Position numbers and translations under genes: made by a program
Origin: Alphaproteobacteria bacterium
GTDB lineage: Bacteria > Pseudomonadota > Alphaproteobacteria > GCA-2731375
Length of the DNA: 64,000 bases
Direction of reading: 5' to 3'
Assembly: GCA_965232515.1 (NCBI GenBank)
Contig: CBDDPY010000002.1
Span: forward strand, 6,944,001 to 7,008,000
Notes under the pieces: generated by a model
The model's input: only the letters and a program-made list of their open reading frames with translations
What the model was told of the DNA's origin: nothing
Database searches by the model: none
Shown: piece after piece, positions 47,626 through 57,371 of the stretch
Layout: the number at the start of each line of letters is the position of its first letter
How positions within the stretch are numbered: position 1 is the stretch's first letter

Positions 47626-47732
47626 CCCAAAAAGTGAAAGTCCTGTTCCAGCCGGGCGAAGCCCGGCTTCCCGGAAAGCAAAGAGGCCGGAGCTTCTCCT
47701 TATCCACTCGAACCCAAGGAGACTGGCTCATG
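47626..47732 (+). repeat. Conserved leader, copy B
   Basis: Colinear with copy A: AAAGTGAAAGTC-N8-GCCGGGCGAAGCCCGGC-N6-GAAAGCAAAG..GCCGGAGCTTCT...AAGGAGACTGGCTC-ATG. Confidence 0.85.
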
Positions 47733-49730
47733 ACCACCCAGCCCCAAACCGGGGAGATCGTGCATCTTCCCCTGTCCAAACTCATCATGTCCCGTGACAA
47801 CCCGCGCAAGAGCCGGGCAAAGACGCCTGACGACTTCATGGTCGCGTCGATCCGCTCCCGCGGCCTCTTGCAGAACCTCGGGGTCCGTCTATCCGAGACC
47901 AATGCCGGGAAATATGAGGTCCGCTATGGCGGCCGGCGCCTTGCAGCCCTCCGTCAACTGACAAAGGATGGACACTTCGCCAAAACCCAAGAGTTCCCCT
48001 GCCGTATCGTGCCGGACGATGACGCCGATGCATCCGAGGAGGCCTTGGCCGAAAACATCGTTCGAGAGGCGCTTAGTCCGATCGACGACTTCGAAGCCTT
48101 CGCCAAGCTGGAAGGTCTCGGCCTCAGCGTTGAGGAAATCGCACGACGTTTCGGCATAACCGAGCGGGTCGTGCGTCAACGCCTGTCCCTTGGCCAGGCG
48201 GCCCCCTGCGTCCGCAAGGCCCTTCGGGAAGGCGATATCAATCTGGAGGTCGCCAAACTGTTCGCCGGCTGTCCCGATCTCGCCCGGCAAGAGCGGGTCT
48301 TCAAGGCGATCGACGAAGGAGGCCATTTCTCGGACCACTACGTTCGCAGAATGCTTTACGAAAATGCGGCGTCGAGCAACGACTCCATCGTCAAGTTCGT
48401 CACATTGGAAGCCTATGAAGCGGCCGGCGGGACGGTCGAACGCGATCTTTTCAGCGACGAAGTTCATCTTACGGACCTGGAGCTGCTCTCGACCCTGCGG
48501 GACGCCAAGCTTGCCGAAGAAGTCGAACGTCTGACCGCCGATGGCTGGTCCTGGGTCGAAGCCCATGAAGGCTATGCCTACGATCTCATGCACGGCTTCG
48601 ACCGTATCTACGGCAAGGTGGCCGAGAAGACCCCCGAGGAACTGTCCGAAGCCGTCAAGCTTCATGAAGAGCTCGATGACCTCCTTGAGAAAAACGCCGC
48701 CGCCGAAGATTGGAGCGATGAGGATTCCGAGCGCTACGATGCGATCGAAGAAAGGCTCGATGAATTGCGCGATGTTCAACGTGCTTTCACGGCCGAACAG
48801 AAAGCCGTCGCGGGTTGCATCATCTATCCGTCTAATGACGGCATTTCCGTCCACGAAGGTCTCGTCCGTAAGGAAGACCGAAAGAAAGTTCGTGCGCTTG
48901 CGGCGGATGATGGAGGGGCTGGAGATGGTGCAACGGACGATGGCGACGAAGAAACGCCGTCCACGTCAGCCGGCTATGGCCTCGGCCTACGAAGCGATCT
49001 TTCCGTCTATAAGGCCCAGGCCGTTCAGGCGGCCCTTGCGGAGACGCCGGAGACAGCGACCCTCGTGCATCAGTTCATCCTGGTGCGGCAAATCTTCGGA
49101 CCTGTCTTCGCAGCGGCGGACGGGACGACGCAGAAGGCGAACAAAGCGCATCTGACCGTTGAACGCGGCGAGCTTGGCGAGACAGCCGCGGCCGCAATCC
49201 TCGACCGGGCCGAGCGGGCGTTGCGCGCCGACATCTTCGACAATGCAGGCCTCGTCGGAAGCTGGAATGCCTTCAAGGCGCTCGACGCGAAGGAACGGGA
49301 CAGTCTCGTCGCCTTCGCCGTGGCCATGACGGTCGAAACCATGAGCAGCGGGGCGACACTGACGGCCCTCGTCGCTCACGAGATGGATCTCGATATTCGC
49401 GATTATTGGAAGCCCACGGGGGAGAACTTCTTCGCACGCATCAAGAAGGACCAGCTCGTCGCGTTTCTGAAGGAAACGGTAGGCGGCGACCTCGCAGCCA
49501 AACTCTCCAAGGACTTCAAGGCCAAGAAACCGGAATTGGTCGATCTCTGCGACGGTCTCATCCACGAGACGACGCCGGTCGATGACAAGCACCGCCAAGC
49601 CCTGGATGGTTGGGCGCCGCAGGACATGGGCTTCTCTGCGCCGGACCCGGATGACCGCGATGAAGCCGACGAACCGGAAGGCGATGGCGCACCGGCCAAC
49701 GACATCGATGTCGGCGAAGCCGCCGCCTGA
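47730..49730 (+). CDS. Long ParB/RepB/Spo0J-domain protein of conjugative elements
   Basis: NPRK, ASI..RGLLQNL.V, GGRRL.AL, EN..RE.L.P.D.FEAF, HTH, Y.AAGG....DLF, W.PT.ENFF.R. Confidence 0.9.
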   Translation: MTTQPQTGEIVHLPLSKLIMSRDNPRKSRAKTPDDFMVASIRSRGLLQNLGVRLSETNAGKYEVRYGGRRLAALRQLTKDGHFAKTQEFPCRIVPDDDADASEEALAENIVREALSPIDDFEAFAKLEGLGLSVEEIARRFGITERVVRQRLSLGQAAPCVRKALREGDINLEVAKLFAGCPDLARQERVFKAIDEGGHFSDHYVRRMLYENAASSNDSIVKFVTLEAYEAAGGTVERDLFSDEVHLTDLELLSTLRDAKLAEEVERLTADGWSWVEAHEGYAYDLMHGFDRIYGKVAEKTPEELSEAVKLHEELDDLLEKNAAAEDWSDEDSERYDAIEERLDELRDVQRAFTAEQKAVAGCIIYPSNDGISVHEGLVRKEDRKKVRALAADDGGAGDGATDDGDEETPSTSAGYGLGLRSDLSVYKAQAVQAALAETPETATLVHQFILVRQIFGPVFAAADGTTQKANKAHLTVERGELGETAAAAILDRAERALRADIFDNAGLVGSWNAFKALDAKERDSLVAFAVAMTVETMSSGATLTALVAHEMDLDIRDYWKPTGENFFARIKKDQLVAFLKETVGGDLAAKLSKDFKAKKPELVDLCDGLIHETTPVDDKHRQALDGWAPQDMGFSAPDPDDRDEADEPEGDGAPANDIDVGEAAA

Positions 49731-49761
49731 CGGCAACGACTGATCCCTTCATCAACCCAAC

Positions 49762-49794
49762 AGCGCCCGCGGTTTCCGCGGGCGCTTTTCTTTT
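49762..49794 (+). terminator. Intrinsic terminator-like hairpin between parB and ardC
   Basis: AGCGCCCGCGG-TTT-CCGCGGGCGCT followed by TTTCTTTT. Confidence 0.75.
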
Positions 49795-49807
49795 CCGGAG
49801 ACTGAAC

Positions 49808-50746
49808 ATGACACGCAACAAGAAACCACGCCGGGACGTGGCGCAAGAGATCACCGACCGTATCGTCAAGGCTCTCGAAGCCGGGACGCCACCCTGGAAG
49901 AAGCCGTGGGCGAACGGCCTTGGCGGCCTTCAGCCGCTGCGCAACACCGGCGCTCCCTACACCGGCATGAACGTTCTTATCCTCTGGGACCGTGCAAGCC
50001 AAATGGGCTTCGAGAACCCTCGTTGGATGACGTTTCGCCAGGCCCTGGAGCTGGGCGGACATGTACGCAAGGGTGAAAAGTCCGTATCCGTTATTTATTA
50101 CGGCAAGACGACGAAAACGCTCGAAGACGACAAGGGTGAAGAGGTCGACGAGACAATCCGCTTCCTCAAGTGCTACCCGGTTTTCAATGTCGAACAGATC
50201 GACGAACTGCCGGCGCATTTCTATCAGCATCAGCGATCAGATATCGAAAAGACGCCGCCGCCATCGGAACGCGAGGCTTTCTTTGTCCGTATCGGCGCCG
50301 ACGTGCGCCATGGCGGCGACCGCGCTTTCTATCGCCGGTCGGAAGACTTCATCCAGATGCCGCCCTACGGTGCGTTCGACGATCCGGAATGCTATTTCGC
50401 GACCCGAGCGCACGAGACGATTCACTGGTCCGGCGCGTCCCATCGCCTTGATCGAACCAAGGGAAAAACCTTCGGCGATCCGCAATACGCCTTCGAGGAA
50501 TTGGTCGCCGAAATCGGCTCGGCCATTCTTGGCGCTGCAATCGGCCTGCGGCCCGATCATATCGATGATCACGCGGCTTATGTGGGCTCCTGGCTCAAGG
50601 CGCTCAAGAACGACAAGCGCTTCATTCTGAAAGCGGCGGCAGACGCGCAGAAGGCCGCCGATTTCGTTCTAGCCCGCGCCGGACGCGGGGCCTCCAACAA
50701 CGATCAAGCCGACGCCAGCGAGAGCGGCGTCTGCTCTGCTGCGTAG
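49808..50746 (+). CDS. ardC: ArdC family ssDNA-binding antirestriction protein with zincin-like domain
   Basis: ITD.I...LEAG..PW.KPW, Y.G.N...LW, WMTFRQA..LGG.VRKGE, VFN.EQ, HE..HW, YA.EELVAE.GSA, Y..SWL..L. Confidence 0.93.
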   Translation: MTRNKKPRRDVAQEITDRIVKALEAGTPPWKKPWANGLGGLQPLRNTGAPYTGMNVLILWDRASQMGFENPRWMTFRQALELGGHVRKGEKSVSVIYYGKTTKTLEDDKGEEVDETIRFLKCYPVFNVEQIDELPAHFYQHQRSDIEKTPPPSEREAFFVRIGADVRHGGDRAFYRRSEDFIQMPPYGAFDDPECYFATRAHETIHWSGASHRLDRTKGKTFGDPQYAFEELVAEIGSAILGAAIGLRPDHIDDHAAYVGSWLKALKNDKRFILKAAADAQKAADFVLARAGRGASNNDQADASESGVCSAA

Positions 50747-50756
50747 GGAGGCCATT

Positions 50757-51377
50757 ATGGGTTGGACTTACACCTCCGATTATCGGGGCGGTGGCATCCG
50801 CGCCTATTTGGATCGCCAGTTCGCGAGCGAGAATGACGCCGGCAAGTGGGAGATCCTCGACAGCGCCCTGGTTCAGATGCGCCGGTACTACGCCGCCATG
50901 CGATGGACGAATAAGAAGCGCAACGAAGTTCGCACGCTCGCGATTGTCTGTCTCGTCAACTATGTGCCTCGTGCACGAGACGGCTACACGCTGGGCTGGA
51001 AAGACATGTCCGAAGACATGGGGCCGGTTGCCACGGATTGCCCGTTGCGCATCCTCGAACAACTCGACCCGCCTCCAAACGACCATGCCCGTAAATGGCG
51101 CGAAGACGTTGGCGCCTATCACGCCAACCGCCGTGCGCGACCCAAGGTCGGCGACGTCATTCGTTTGGCGACGCCGATGACGTTTACGGACGGATCTGTC
51201 GAGAGCCGTTTCCGGGCTGAACGATACCGCAAACGAGGCGTCGCCTATCGTGGCCTCACAACGGGCGGACTCTACTGGATTTCGAAAATCGAAACTGTGG
51301 ACTTCGTCATCGAGAATGCGCCGGGTGCTCAGTCGTCCCCGGCGAACGACCCGAAGACGCAAGGGTCGCTTTTCTGA
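50757..51377 (+). CDS. Conserved plasmid/ICE hypothetical protein (DUF6927-like)
   Basis: MGW, YYAA, A.VCLV, G.KDMSE.MGP...DCP..IL..L, A..WR. Confidence 0.75.
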   Translation: MGWTYTSDYRGGGIRAYLDRQFASENDAGKWEILDSALVQMRRYYAAMRWTNKKRNEVRTLAIVCLVNYVPRARDGYTLGWKDMSEDMGPVATDCPLRILEQLDPPPNDHARKWREDVGAYHANRRARPKVGDVIRLATPMTFTDGSVESRFRAERYRKRGVAYRGLTTGGLYWISKIETVDFVIENAPGAQSSPANDPKTQGSLF

Positions 51378-51441
51378 AACGGCCTCCAACCGGGCGCCCG
51401 TTGTCAACATCTACCCTTCTAATCAGGAAAGGAGCTCTGCC

Positions 51442-51648
51442 ATGTCAGACTCACGGATTATTGTCGGCTATTCGATCATCGATGCCGACGGTCACTATCC
51501 GAGCACGCCGGAATACGGGATCGGCTGCCTCGAAGCCGCGCGCCAGGAGGCGCTCGCGCTGAACGAAGACTTCGCGGAGGAACTCGAAGGCGGCGTTTAC
51601 GCCGTCGTCACGCTGTTCGCGGACGGCACCGCGGAACACGTCGCATAA
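51442..51648 (+). CDS. Small acidic hypothetical protein (68 aa)
   Basis: Strong RBS AAAGGAG then MSDSRIIVGY... Confidence 0.65.
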   Translation: MSDSRIIVGYSIIDADGHYPSTPEYGIGCLEAARQEALALNEDFAEELEGGVYAVVTLFADGTAEHVA

Positions 51649-51714
51649 CGGCCGGCAGCCGCGCCAAGCCCAACCTCCGCGTGGTCCTTGAACCCGCACC
51701 GTGCTCCTGCATCA

Positions 51715-51807
51715 CAAAAGAGAAAGCCAGCTTTCCGGGCGGGCGTAGGCCCGCCGCTGGAAAAGAAAGCGGGTCATCACGTCCTTTCGACAGGAGAAAG
51801 ACCCATG
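51715..51807 (+). repeat. Conserved leader, divergent copy C
   Basis: AAAAGAGAAAG...GGCGGGC GTAG GCCCGCC..GAAAAGAAAG...AGGAGAAAGACCC-ATG; same layout with a changed but still paired stem. Confidence 0.6.
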
Positions 51808-51872
51808 AACGAACTTCGATCCCAGGCCGCACGTTCCCCGCGGCTCTTTGTTACGTCCGAGGAGAACTCATC

Positions 51873-52127
51873 ATGATGCGTTGTCCTCATTGCGGCTCGC
51901 ACGACTTGCGTGTCAGTGCGGAAATCACCTGCACCGTCGTCCAGAAGACATCACCAAACGGCAATGTTTATGACGCCCTCGAAGTATTGCAGGGAAGCGA
52001 ACCCTATTGGGATCGCGACACTTTCACGTCCTGCGCCGATTGTTGTCACGACGGCGAAGCCAAGGATTTCGAATTGTTGTCATCGACACATCCGCCGCAA
52101 ACGGAGACCTGTCATGAACATCGTTGA
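51873..52127 (+). CDS. Small putative zinc-ribbon protein
   Basis: RBS GAGGAG; MMRCPHCGS...CADC (two CxxC). Confidence 0.65.
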   Translation: MMRCPHCGSHDLRVSAEITCTVVQKTSPNGNVYDALEVLQGSEPYWDRDTFTSCADCCHDGEAKDFELLSSTHPPQTETCHEHR

Positions 52128-52449
52128 TCCGAAGGCTGACCCGTCGCCCAAGTTCGAGTCGGGCGGATCGGACATTGATGCTCTTGAAGTTGCGCCCATG
52201 CGCGATCTCTCGCAACACGTCGGCGATCTGAACAAAGAGATCGTCACGATACGTCCAGTCAGACCCGGTGAGATGCCAGATCTGTGGACCGTGATCGCAC
52301 GCCGTCACGGCGGACGCGGTGACATACTCGCTGATCAGCCGAGCCGTAGAGCTGCCTTCGCACTCGCACGCCGGTTGCGCCGCAAGCTTGTACAAGCCGA
52401 ACAGGCCGCCGGCTTGCCACCACGGTCGCGTCAAATCGTCGAACGCTAA
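52114..52449 (+). CDS. Hypothetical protein
   Basis: RBS GGAG, MNIVDP...; overlaps the previous ORF. Confidence 0.55.
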   Translation: MNIVDPKADPSPKFESGGSDIDALEVAPMRDLSQHVGDLNKEIVTIRPVRPGEMPDLWTVIARRHGGRGDILADQPSRRAAFALARRLRRKLVQAEQAAGLPPRSRQIVER

Positions 52450-52523
52450 TCGGCGTTCCAGAGCTTTCGCTCTGCGCTCGCCGCCAGACGCCTAAGCCGC
52501 CCATCTCAACTCACCCCGCGAAT

Positions 52524-52558
52524 ACACCGCCTCCGGAAGGCTCCGCAGGCGGTGTTTT
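52524..52558 (+). terminator. Terminator-like hairpin upstream of the Strawberry-notch gene
   Basis: ACACCGCCT...AGGCGGTGT-TTT. Confidence 0.55.
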
Positions 52559-52585
52559 CGTTCGTCCAAAACAAGGAGACACCCA

Positions 52586-55500
52586 ATGGATCTTTTCTCG
52601 CCTTCCGAAAACCCGCTCACTGAGTCCGGCGCCGCGACGCCATCGGGCTCGGAACAAACACCACCGCCTCCCGAGCCTCGAATGGAAGCGGCGCGCCTCA
52701 TCGCCTACCGTATTGCCAACGGCCAACGCATTTCCCGCGCCAAACTGCGCGAGGCCATGACCGCCTCCTATGGCGGATCGGACGCCGAAGGCGTCTGGAC
52801 ATGGAAAGACGCGTACGACGCCGCCGAGGTCGCTGAAGGTCGCCATCTGCTGAAAGTCGGCAAAGCGCTCATCGCGGCCGATCCGGCTACGGTCCTGGAA
52901 CGTCTTGAGAGCCTGGCCGCACTACAGCCGCCCAATCGTCACCGTACGGAAGAGAGCCTCGCCCTCCAACAGTTCTCCACGCCGGCGCCCTACGCCTATG
53001 CCGCCTTTCTCGCCGCCGAGGTGCGCGAGAACGACGTTCTTCTGGAGCCCTCGGCCGGCCACGGCGCGCTCGCGATATTCGGCCGCATCGGCGCCGCGCG
53101 TCTTATCCTAAACGAGCTCGACACGGATCGCGCCCGCGCGCTTACGGCTTTGTTCAGGCAGGACGTCCACAGCGAAGACGCCGCCGAGATCGACGATCGC
53201 TTACGTGATCCTACACGCCCCAGCATCGTCCTGATGAATCCGCCATTTTCGAAAAACGTCACCCGCGGTGATCATGCTGGCGAGGCCGCGGCCCATGTCT
53301 GGAGCGCCTATAAGCGTCTCGCGGCTGGAGGACGACTCGTTGCGATCACCCAACACGGATTGGTCCCCGACGCATCGACTCACGCACGTTTCTGGCAGCG
53401 TCTCTTCGAAGCCGGACGCCTGCGGCTCGCGGCTGGTCTTGATGGCGCGGTCTATGCCCGCAAAGGCGCCAACGTTTCCACCCGTCTACTGGTGATCGAC
53501 AAGCTCGCCAATGATGACACCGGCGGCGCCGATCCAAATGCGGTCTGCGAGGCGGGAACGCTTGATGGCCTTCTCCAAAAGATCGCTTCGCTGCCCCCAC
53601 GCTCAGGCGCTGTCAAGGCCGCACCGCGTCGTATCGATCGCAAGCCGCCAAGGGCGATCAAGGGTTCAACGGTGGCGCCCATCATTCGCAGTGTCTCCCG
53701 CCAGGGCGAAGAGATCGTCTACGAGATCATCGACAGCTCAGAAACCGTCCAAGCTCAAACCGACGCTTCGGGCATCTATGAGTCTTATCGCGTTGCGCGA
53801 ATTCGCATCCCTGACGCCAAAGGCCACCCCACGCCGCTGACCCAATCGACGGCGCTTGCATCGATCGCGCCGCCCGCGCCGTCCTACCGCCCACATTTGC
53901 CCAAGCTGCTTGTGACAGACGGCGTTCTGTCGAACGCCCAGCTCGAGAGCATCATCTATGCCGGCGACGCCCATAGCCGGTTCATGGACGCCGCATTTCT
54001 CCGCGATCCGGAAACCGGCGACGTCGTTGAAATCCACGCAGATGAACCAAACGCCTTCCGCCTGCGGATGGGCTATTTCATCGGCGACGGCACCGGTTGC
54101 GGCAAGGGCCGCCAGGTCGCTGGGATAATCATGGACAATTGGATCAAGGGCCGCCGCAAGGCGGTTTGGATATCCAAGTCTGACAAGCTGAAAGAAGATG
54201 CTATTCGCGACTGGACGGCGCTTTGCGGCGGCGCGAACGAGATTATTCCGCAATCACGCTACAAGCTTGGACGGCGCATCAGCGCCTATGAGGGCGTCCT
54301 TTTCACCACCTTCGCCACCCTGCGCGGATCGGGGCGCGACGGTAAGGCATCGCGTCTCGATCAGCTTCTTGAATGGCTCGGGGAAGATTTCGACGGCGTG
54401 GTTGCCTTCGACGAGGCGCACGCGATGCAGAACGCCGCCGCCGTAAAGAGCGACCGGGGCTTAAAGGCCGCGTCGCAACAGGGCCGCGCAGGGGTCGATC
54501 TGCAACTGCGCGCTCCCGGCGCCCGTATCGTCTATGCCAGCGCCACGGGCGCGTCGGCCGTGGAGAACCTAGCCTATGCGGAACGGCTCGGGCTTTGGCG
54601 CGGCGCGGACGCCCCGTTCAAGTCGCGCGAGCATTTCATCAGTGAGATGAATAAGGGTGGTGTCGCCGCCATGGAGATGGTCTGCCGCGATCTTAAGGCC
54701 ATGGGCCTCTACTGCGCCCGCAACCTTTCTTTCGACGGGGTCGAATACGCTTTTCTCGATCACACGCTTACGCCGCAGCAAATCGAAATCTACGATTCTT
54801 ATGCGGACGCGTTCAAAATCATCCATCACAATCTCGAAGCCGCTCTTGAGGCGATGAACGTCGTCGATGAAGACGGCACCAGGAACCGCAATGCCGTGTC
54901 AGCGGCCCGCTCGGCGTTCGAGTCCACCAAGCAGCGCTTCTTCAACCATCTTCTCACGGCGATGAAGGTCCCGACGCTGATCAAGGCGATCAGGACGGAT
55001 ATGGAGGAAGATCGCGCCTCTGTCATCCAAATCGTATCCACCGGCGAAGCCGTGATGGACCGCCGCCTGGCGGAGATTTCGGGGACCGACCTGCGCGAAG
55101 GCAATTTTGATCTGACACCGCGCGAAGCGGTGATGGACTATCTCGTCAATTCGTTCCCGACGCAGCTTTTCCGCATCGTGCGTAAGGAGGACGGTTCGGA
55201 AGTCGCCGAGCCCGTTTTCGACGAGACTGGCGCGCCGGTTCAGAGCCAAGAAGCTTTGGAACGCCGCGAGGCGATGATCGAACGGCTCGGCGTCTTGCCT
55301 CCGGTGACATCGGCGCTCGACCAGATTATCTGGACGTTCGGTCCGGAAGCTGTCGCCGAGATCACCGGACGCCGCCGGCGGGTCGTCCGTCACAAGGACC
55401 TGGGCAGCGAACGGGTCGAGATCGAGAACCGTCCGGCTTCTGTCAATATCGCCGAGACCAACGCTTTCATGGACGGCGCCAAGCGCATCCTGATCTTTAG

Positions 55501-56926
55501 TGAGGCGGGCGGTACGGGGCGGTCCTATCACGCCGATCTCGATCGGCGGAACCGGCGACGGCGCTGCCACTATCTTCTTGAGGCCGGCTGGAAGGCGGAC
55601 GCCGCCATCCAGGGGCTGGGACGCTCGCACCGGACCCGTCAAGCCTTGGCGCCCTTGTTCCGTCCGGTCGCCGCGAACGTGAAAGGCGAGAAGCGCTTCT
55701 TGTCGACCATCGCCCGGCGCCTCGATGCCCTTGGCGCCTTGACCAAGGGCGAACGACAGACCGGCGGCCAAGGACTCTTTCGCGCCGAAGACAACTTGGA
55801 AAGTAACGAAGCACGCGATGCCTTGCGCATCTTCTTCCGGCGCATCGCCCATGAACCCCAGGGCGGCATCAGCCTTGCCCAGTTCGAGGATATGACCGGG
55901 CTCATTCTTCTCGACAGGGACGGCACGTTGAAAGAGAATCTGCCGCCCATCCGCCGTTTCCTGAATCGTCTCCTGGCATTACCGATCAGCGTACAGAATA
56001 CGCTGTTCAGCGTTTTCGAAGAGATCGTCGAGACGCGGCTCGAGGCGGCGCGTTTGGCCGGTACGCTCGATGTCGGTGCGGAAACGATCACGGCTGACTC
56101 CCTGAAACTGATCGATGCCCATGTCTTGCGCATCGATCCCAAGACCAAGGCCGAAACACGCCTGCTACGGATTGCTCGGCGCACGCGAAGCCGGCCGCTC
56201 ACTCTGGAAACGCTTCACGAGGTGCACAACGCAAGCGAAGGCGAATACGTCGTAAACGAGCGCTCCGGTCGCGCCGCCTTCGTTCGTCCGACAACAGCGC
56301 TCACCGACGAGAATACCGGCGCCGTCCTGTCGCGTGTCGAGCTGATCCGCCCCAACGAACGCCAGAAGATGCTCACGCAAGAGTTCGAGGAAACAGCCTG
56401 GACGTCAGCCCGCTGTCCAGATTTCGAACGCATCTGGCGCAAGGAGGTTGCGGCCACGCCTGAGTTCAGCAGCGATGAGTTCGGCCTCGTCGTCGGCCTG
56501 ATCATGCCCCTTTGGTCGCTGCTCGCGGCCAAGCGTCCGATTGTCTATCGGCTGACCGATGATGACGGCGCATCTCATCTCGGGCGCTATATCGCGCCTG
56601 CCATGATCGCACCGCTGCTTGAAGCTTGCGGCGTTGACGGCGGTCCCGTCCGCCTGACGGTTACCGACGCGCTGGCGGCCCTTGATCGCGCCGAACGCGT
56701 TCCGCTCAGCGAGAGCGCCTTCATCGCCCCTTGCCGGGTGATGGACCAGAAACGCATCGAGATTCGCGACGCCCCGGCCTCTTGGCTGCCCGGCCTTAAA
56801 GCCTGCGGATGCTTCACCGAGATCATCCAATGGCGGACCCGTGTCTTCGCGCCGATCGGCGATACGCATGTCCTTGATCGCGTGATCGACCGCTTTGGAC
56901 CAGGTCTCGCTTCCGAAGCGGCCTGA
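52586..56926 (+). CDS. N6-adenine-type methyltransferase domain fused to a Strawberry-notch (SF2) helicase
   Basis: QQFSTP, LEPSAGHG, MNPPF (MTase); GDGTGCGKGR, FDEAH, YASATG, EITGR, SEAGGTG.SYHAD, QGLGRSHR (Sno helicase). Confidence 0.92.
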   Translation: MDLFSPSENPLTESGAATPSGSEQTPPPPEPRMEAARLIAYRIANGQRISRAKLREAMTASYGGSDAEGVWTWKDAYDAAEVAEGRHLLKVGKALIAADPATVLERLESLAALQPPNRHRTEESLALQQFSTPAPYAYAAFLAAEVRENDVLLEPSAGHGALAIFGRIGAARLILNELDTDRARALTALFRQDVHSEDAAEIDDRLRDPTRPSIVLMNPPFSKNVTRGDHAGEAAAHVWSAYKRLAAGGRLVAITQHGLVPDASTHARFWQRLFEAGRLRLAAGLDGAVYARKGANVSTRLLVIDKLANDDTGGADPNAVCEAGTLDGLLQKIASLPPRSGAVKAAPRRIDRKPPRAIKGSTVAPIIRSVSRQGEEIVYEIIDSSETVQAQTDASGIYESYRVARIRIPDAKGHPTPLTQSTALASIAPPAPSYRPHLPKLLVTDGVLSNAQLESIIYAGDAHSRFMDAAFLRDPETGDVVEIHADEPNAFRLRMGYFIGDGTGCGKGRQVAGIIMDNWIKGRRKAVWISKSDKLKEDAIRDWTALCGGANEIIPQSRYKLGRRISAYEGVLFTTFATLRGSGRDGKASRLDQLLEWLGEDFDGVVAFDEAHAMQNAAAVKSDRGLKAASQQGRAGVDLQLRAPGARIVYASATGASAVENLAYAERLGLWRGADAPFKSREHFISEMNKGGVAAMEMVCRDLKAMGLYCARNLSFDGVEYAFLDHTLTPQQIEIYDSYADAFKIIHHNLEAALEAMNVVDEDGTRNRNAVSAARSAFESTKQRFFNHLLTAMKVPTLIKAIRTDMEEDRASVIQIVSTGEAVMDRRLAEISGTDLREGNFDLTPREAVMDYLVNSFPTQLFRIVRKEDGSEVAEPVFDETGAPVQSQEALERREAMIERLGVLPPVTSALDQIIWTFGPEAVAEITGRRRRVVRHKDLGSERVEIENRPASVNIAETNAFMDGAKRILIFSEAGGTGRSYHADLDRRNRRRRCHYLLEAGWKADAAIQGLGRSHRTRQALAPLFRPVAANVKGEKRFLSTIARRLDALGALTKGERQTGGQGLFRAEDNLESNEARDALRIFFRRIAHEPQGGISLAQFEDMTGLILLDRDGTLKENLPPIRRFLNRLLALPISVQNTLFSVFEEIVETRLEAARLAGTLDVGAETITADSLKLIDAHVLRIDPKTKAETRLLRIARRTRSRPLTLETLHEVHNASEGEYVVNERSGRAAFVRPTTALTDENTGAVLSRVELIRPNERQKMLTQEFEETAWTSARCPDFERIWRKEVAATPEFSSDEFGLVVGLIMPLWSLLAAKRPIVYRLTDDDGASHLGRYIAPAMIAPLLEACGVDGGPVRLTVTDALAALDRAERVPLSESAFIAPCRVMDQKRIEIRDAPASWLPGLKACGCFTEIIQWRTRVFAPIGDTHVLDRVIDRFGPGLASEAA

Positions 56927-57191
56927 TTTGCAACCCGTTTCATCCATAGCACGCTGGCTGTTGGCGGCCCCGGTCGCGCAAGGCGGTCGCTGGGTGTTCT
57001 TCTCCTCGCCCGGCGGCCGCCTCCCTTGGATTCCCCACGCGCCGCTGATCCTTGTGCTGAGCATAAGTTCCGAGGCTGCCTCAACGCGACCGTCGCTCGG
57101 ATCGCCATCAATCGAAGAGCGGCCCCGAGGCTCCGTGACGCCCAACGCCGCGCCCTCGGTCCAGCCCTTGTCTTCTTTCAATTCGAAAGCA

Positions 57192-57349
57192 CGCCCGCGC
57201 CCCGAGCGAAGGGGCGGGAACCGTGCGGCCGGGCGCCCGCCTGTCAAGCGCTCACGCGCTCGGACTCGCTAAAGCGGTCCGCCCAAAGGGTGACAGCCGG
57301 GCTCCGGTCCCGACCGCAAAGGGGTCCCGCCGCTCGGGAGCGCCGGGCG
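57192..57349 (+). other. Large branched stem-loop upstream of the DUF2493 gene (ssDNA promoter/ssi-like or structured RNA)
   Basis: CGCCCG/CGGGCG, CCCGAGCG/CGCTCGGG, CTGTCA/TGACAG and CGGAC/GTCCG nested pairings. Confidence 0.55.
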
Positions 57350-57371
57350 GCCTCGAACAAGGAGACAAGCC

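Noticed and set aside
47508-47729. N-terminal extension of the ParB ORF
   Set aside because: Runs through leader copy B; the RBS-supported start is 47730
52586-56926. Restriction-modification or other defence system
   Set aside because: No nuclease or specificity subunit; context (ArdC, ParB) points to element establishment rather than host defence
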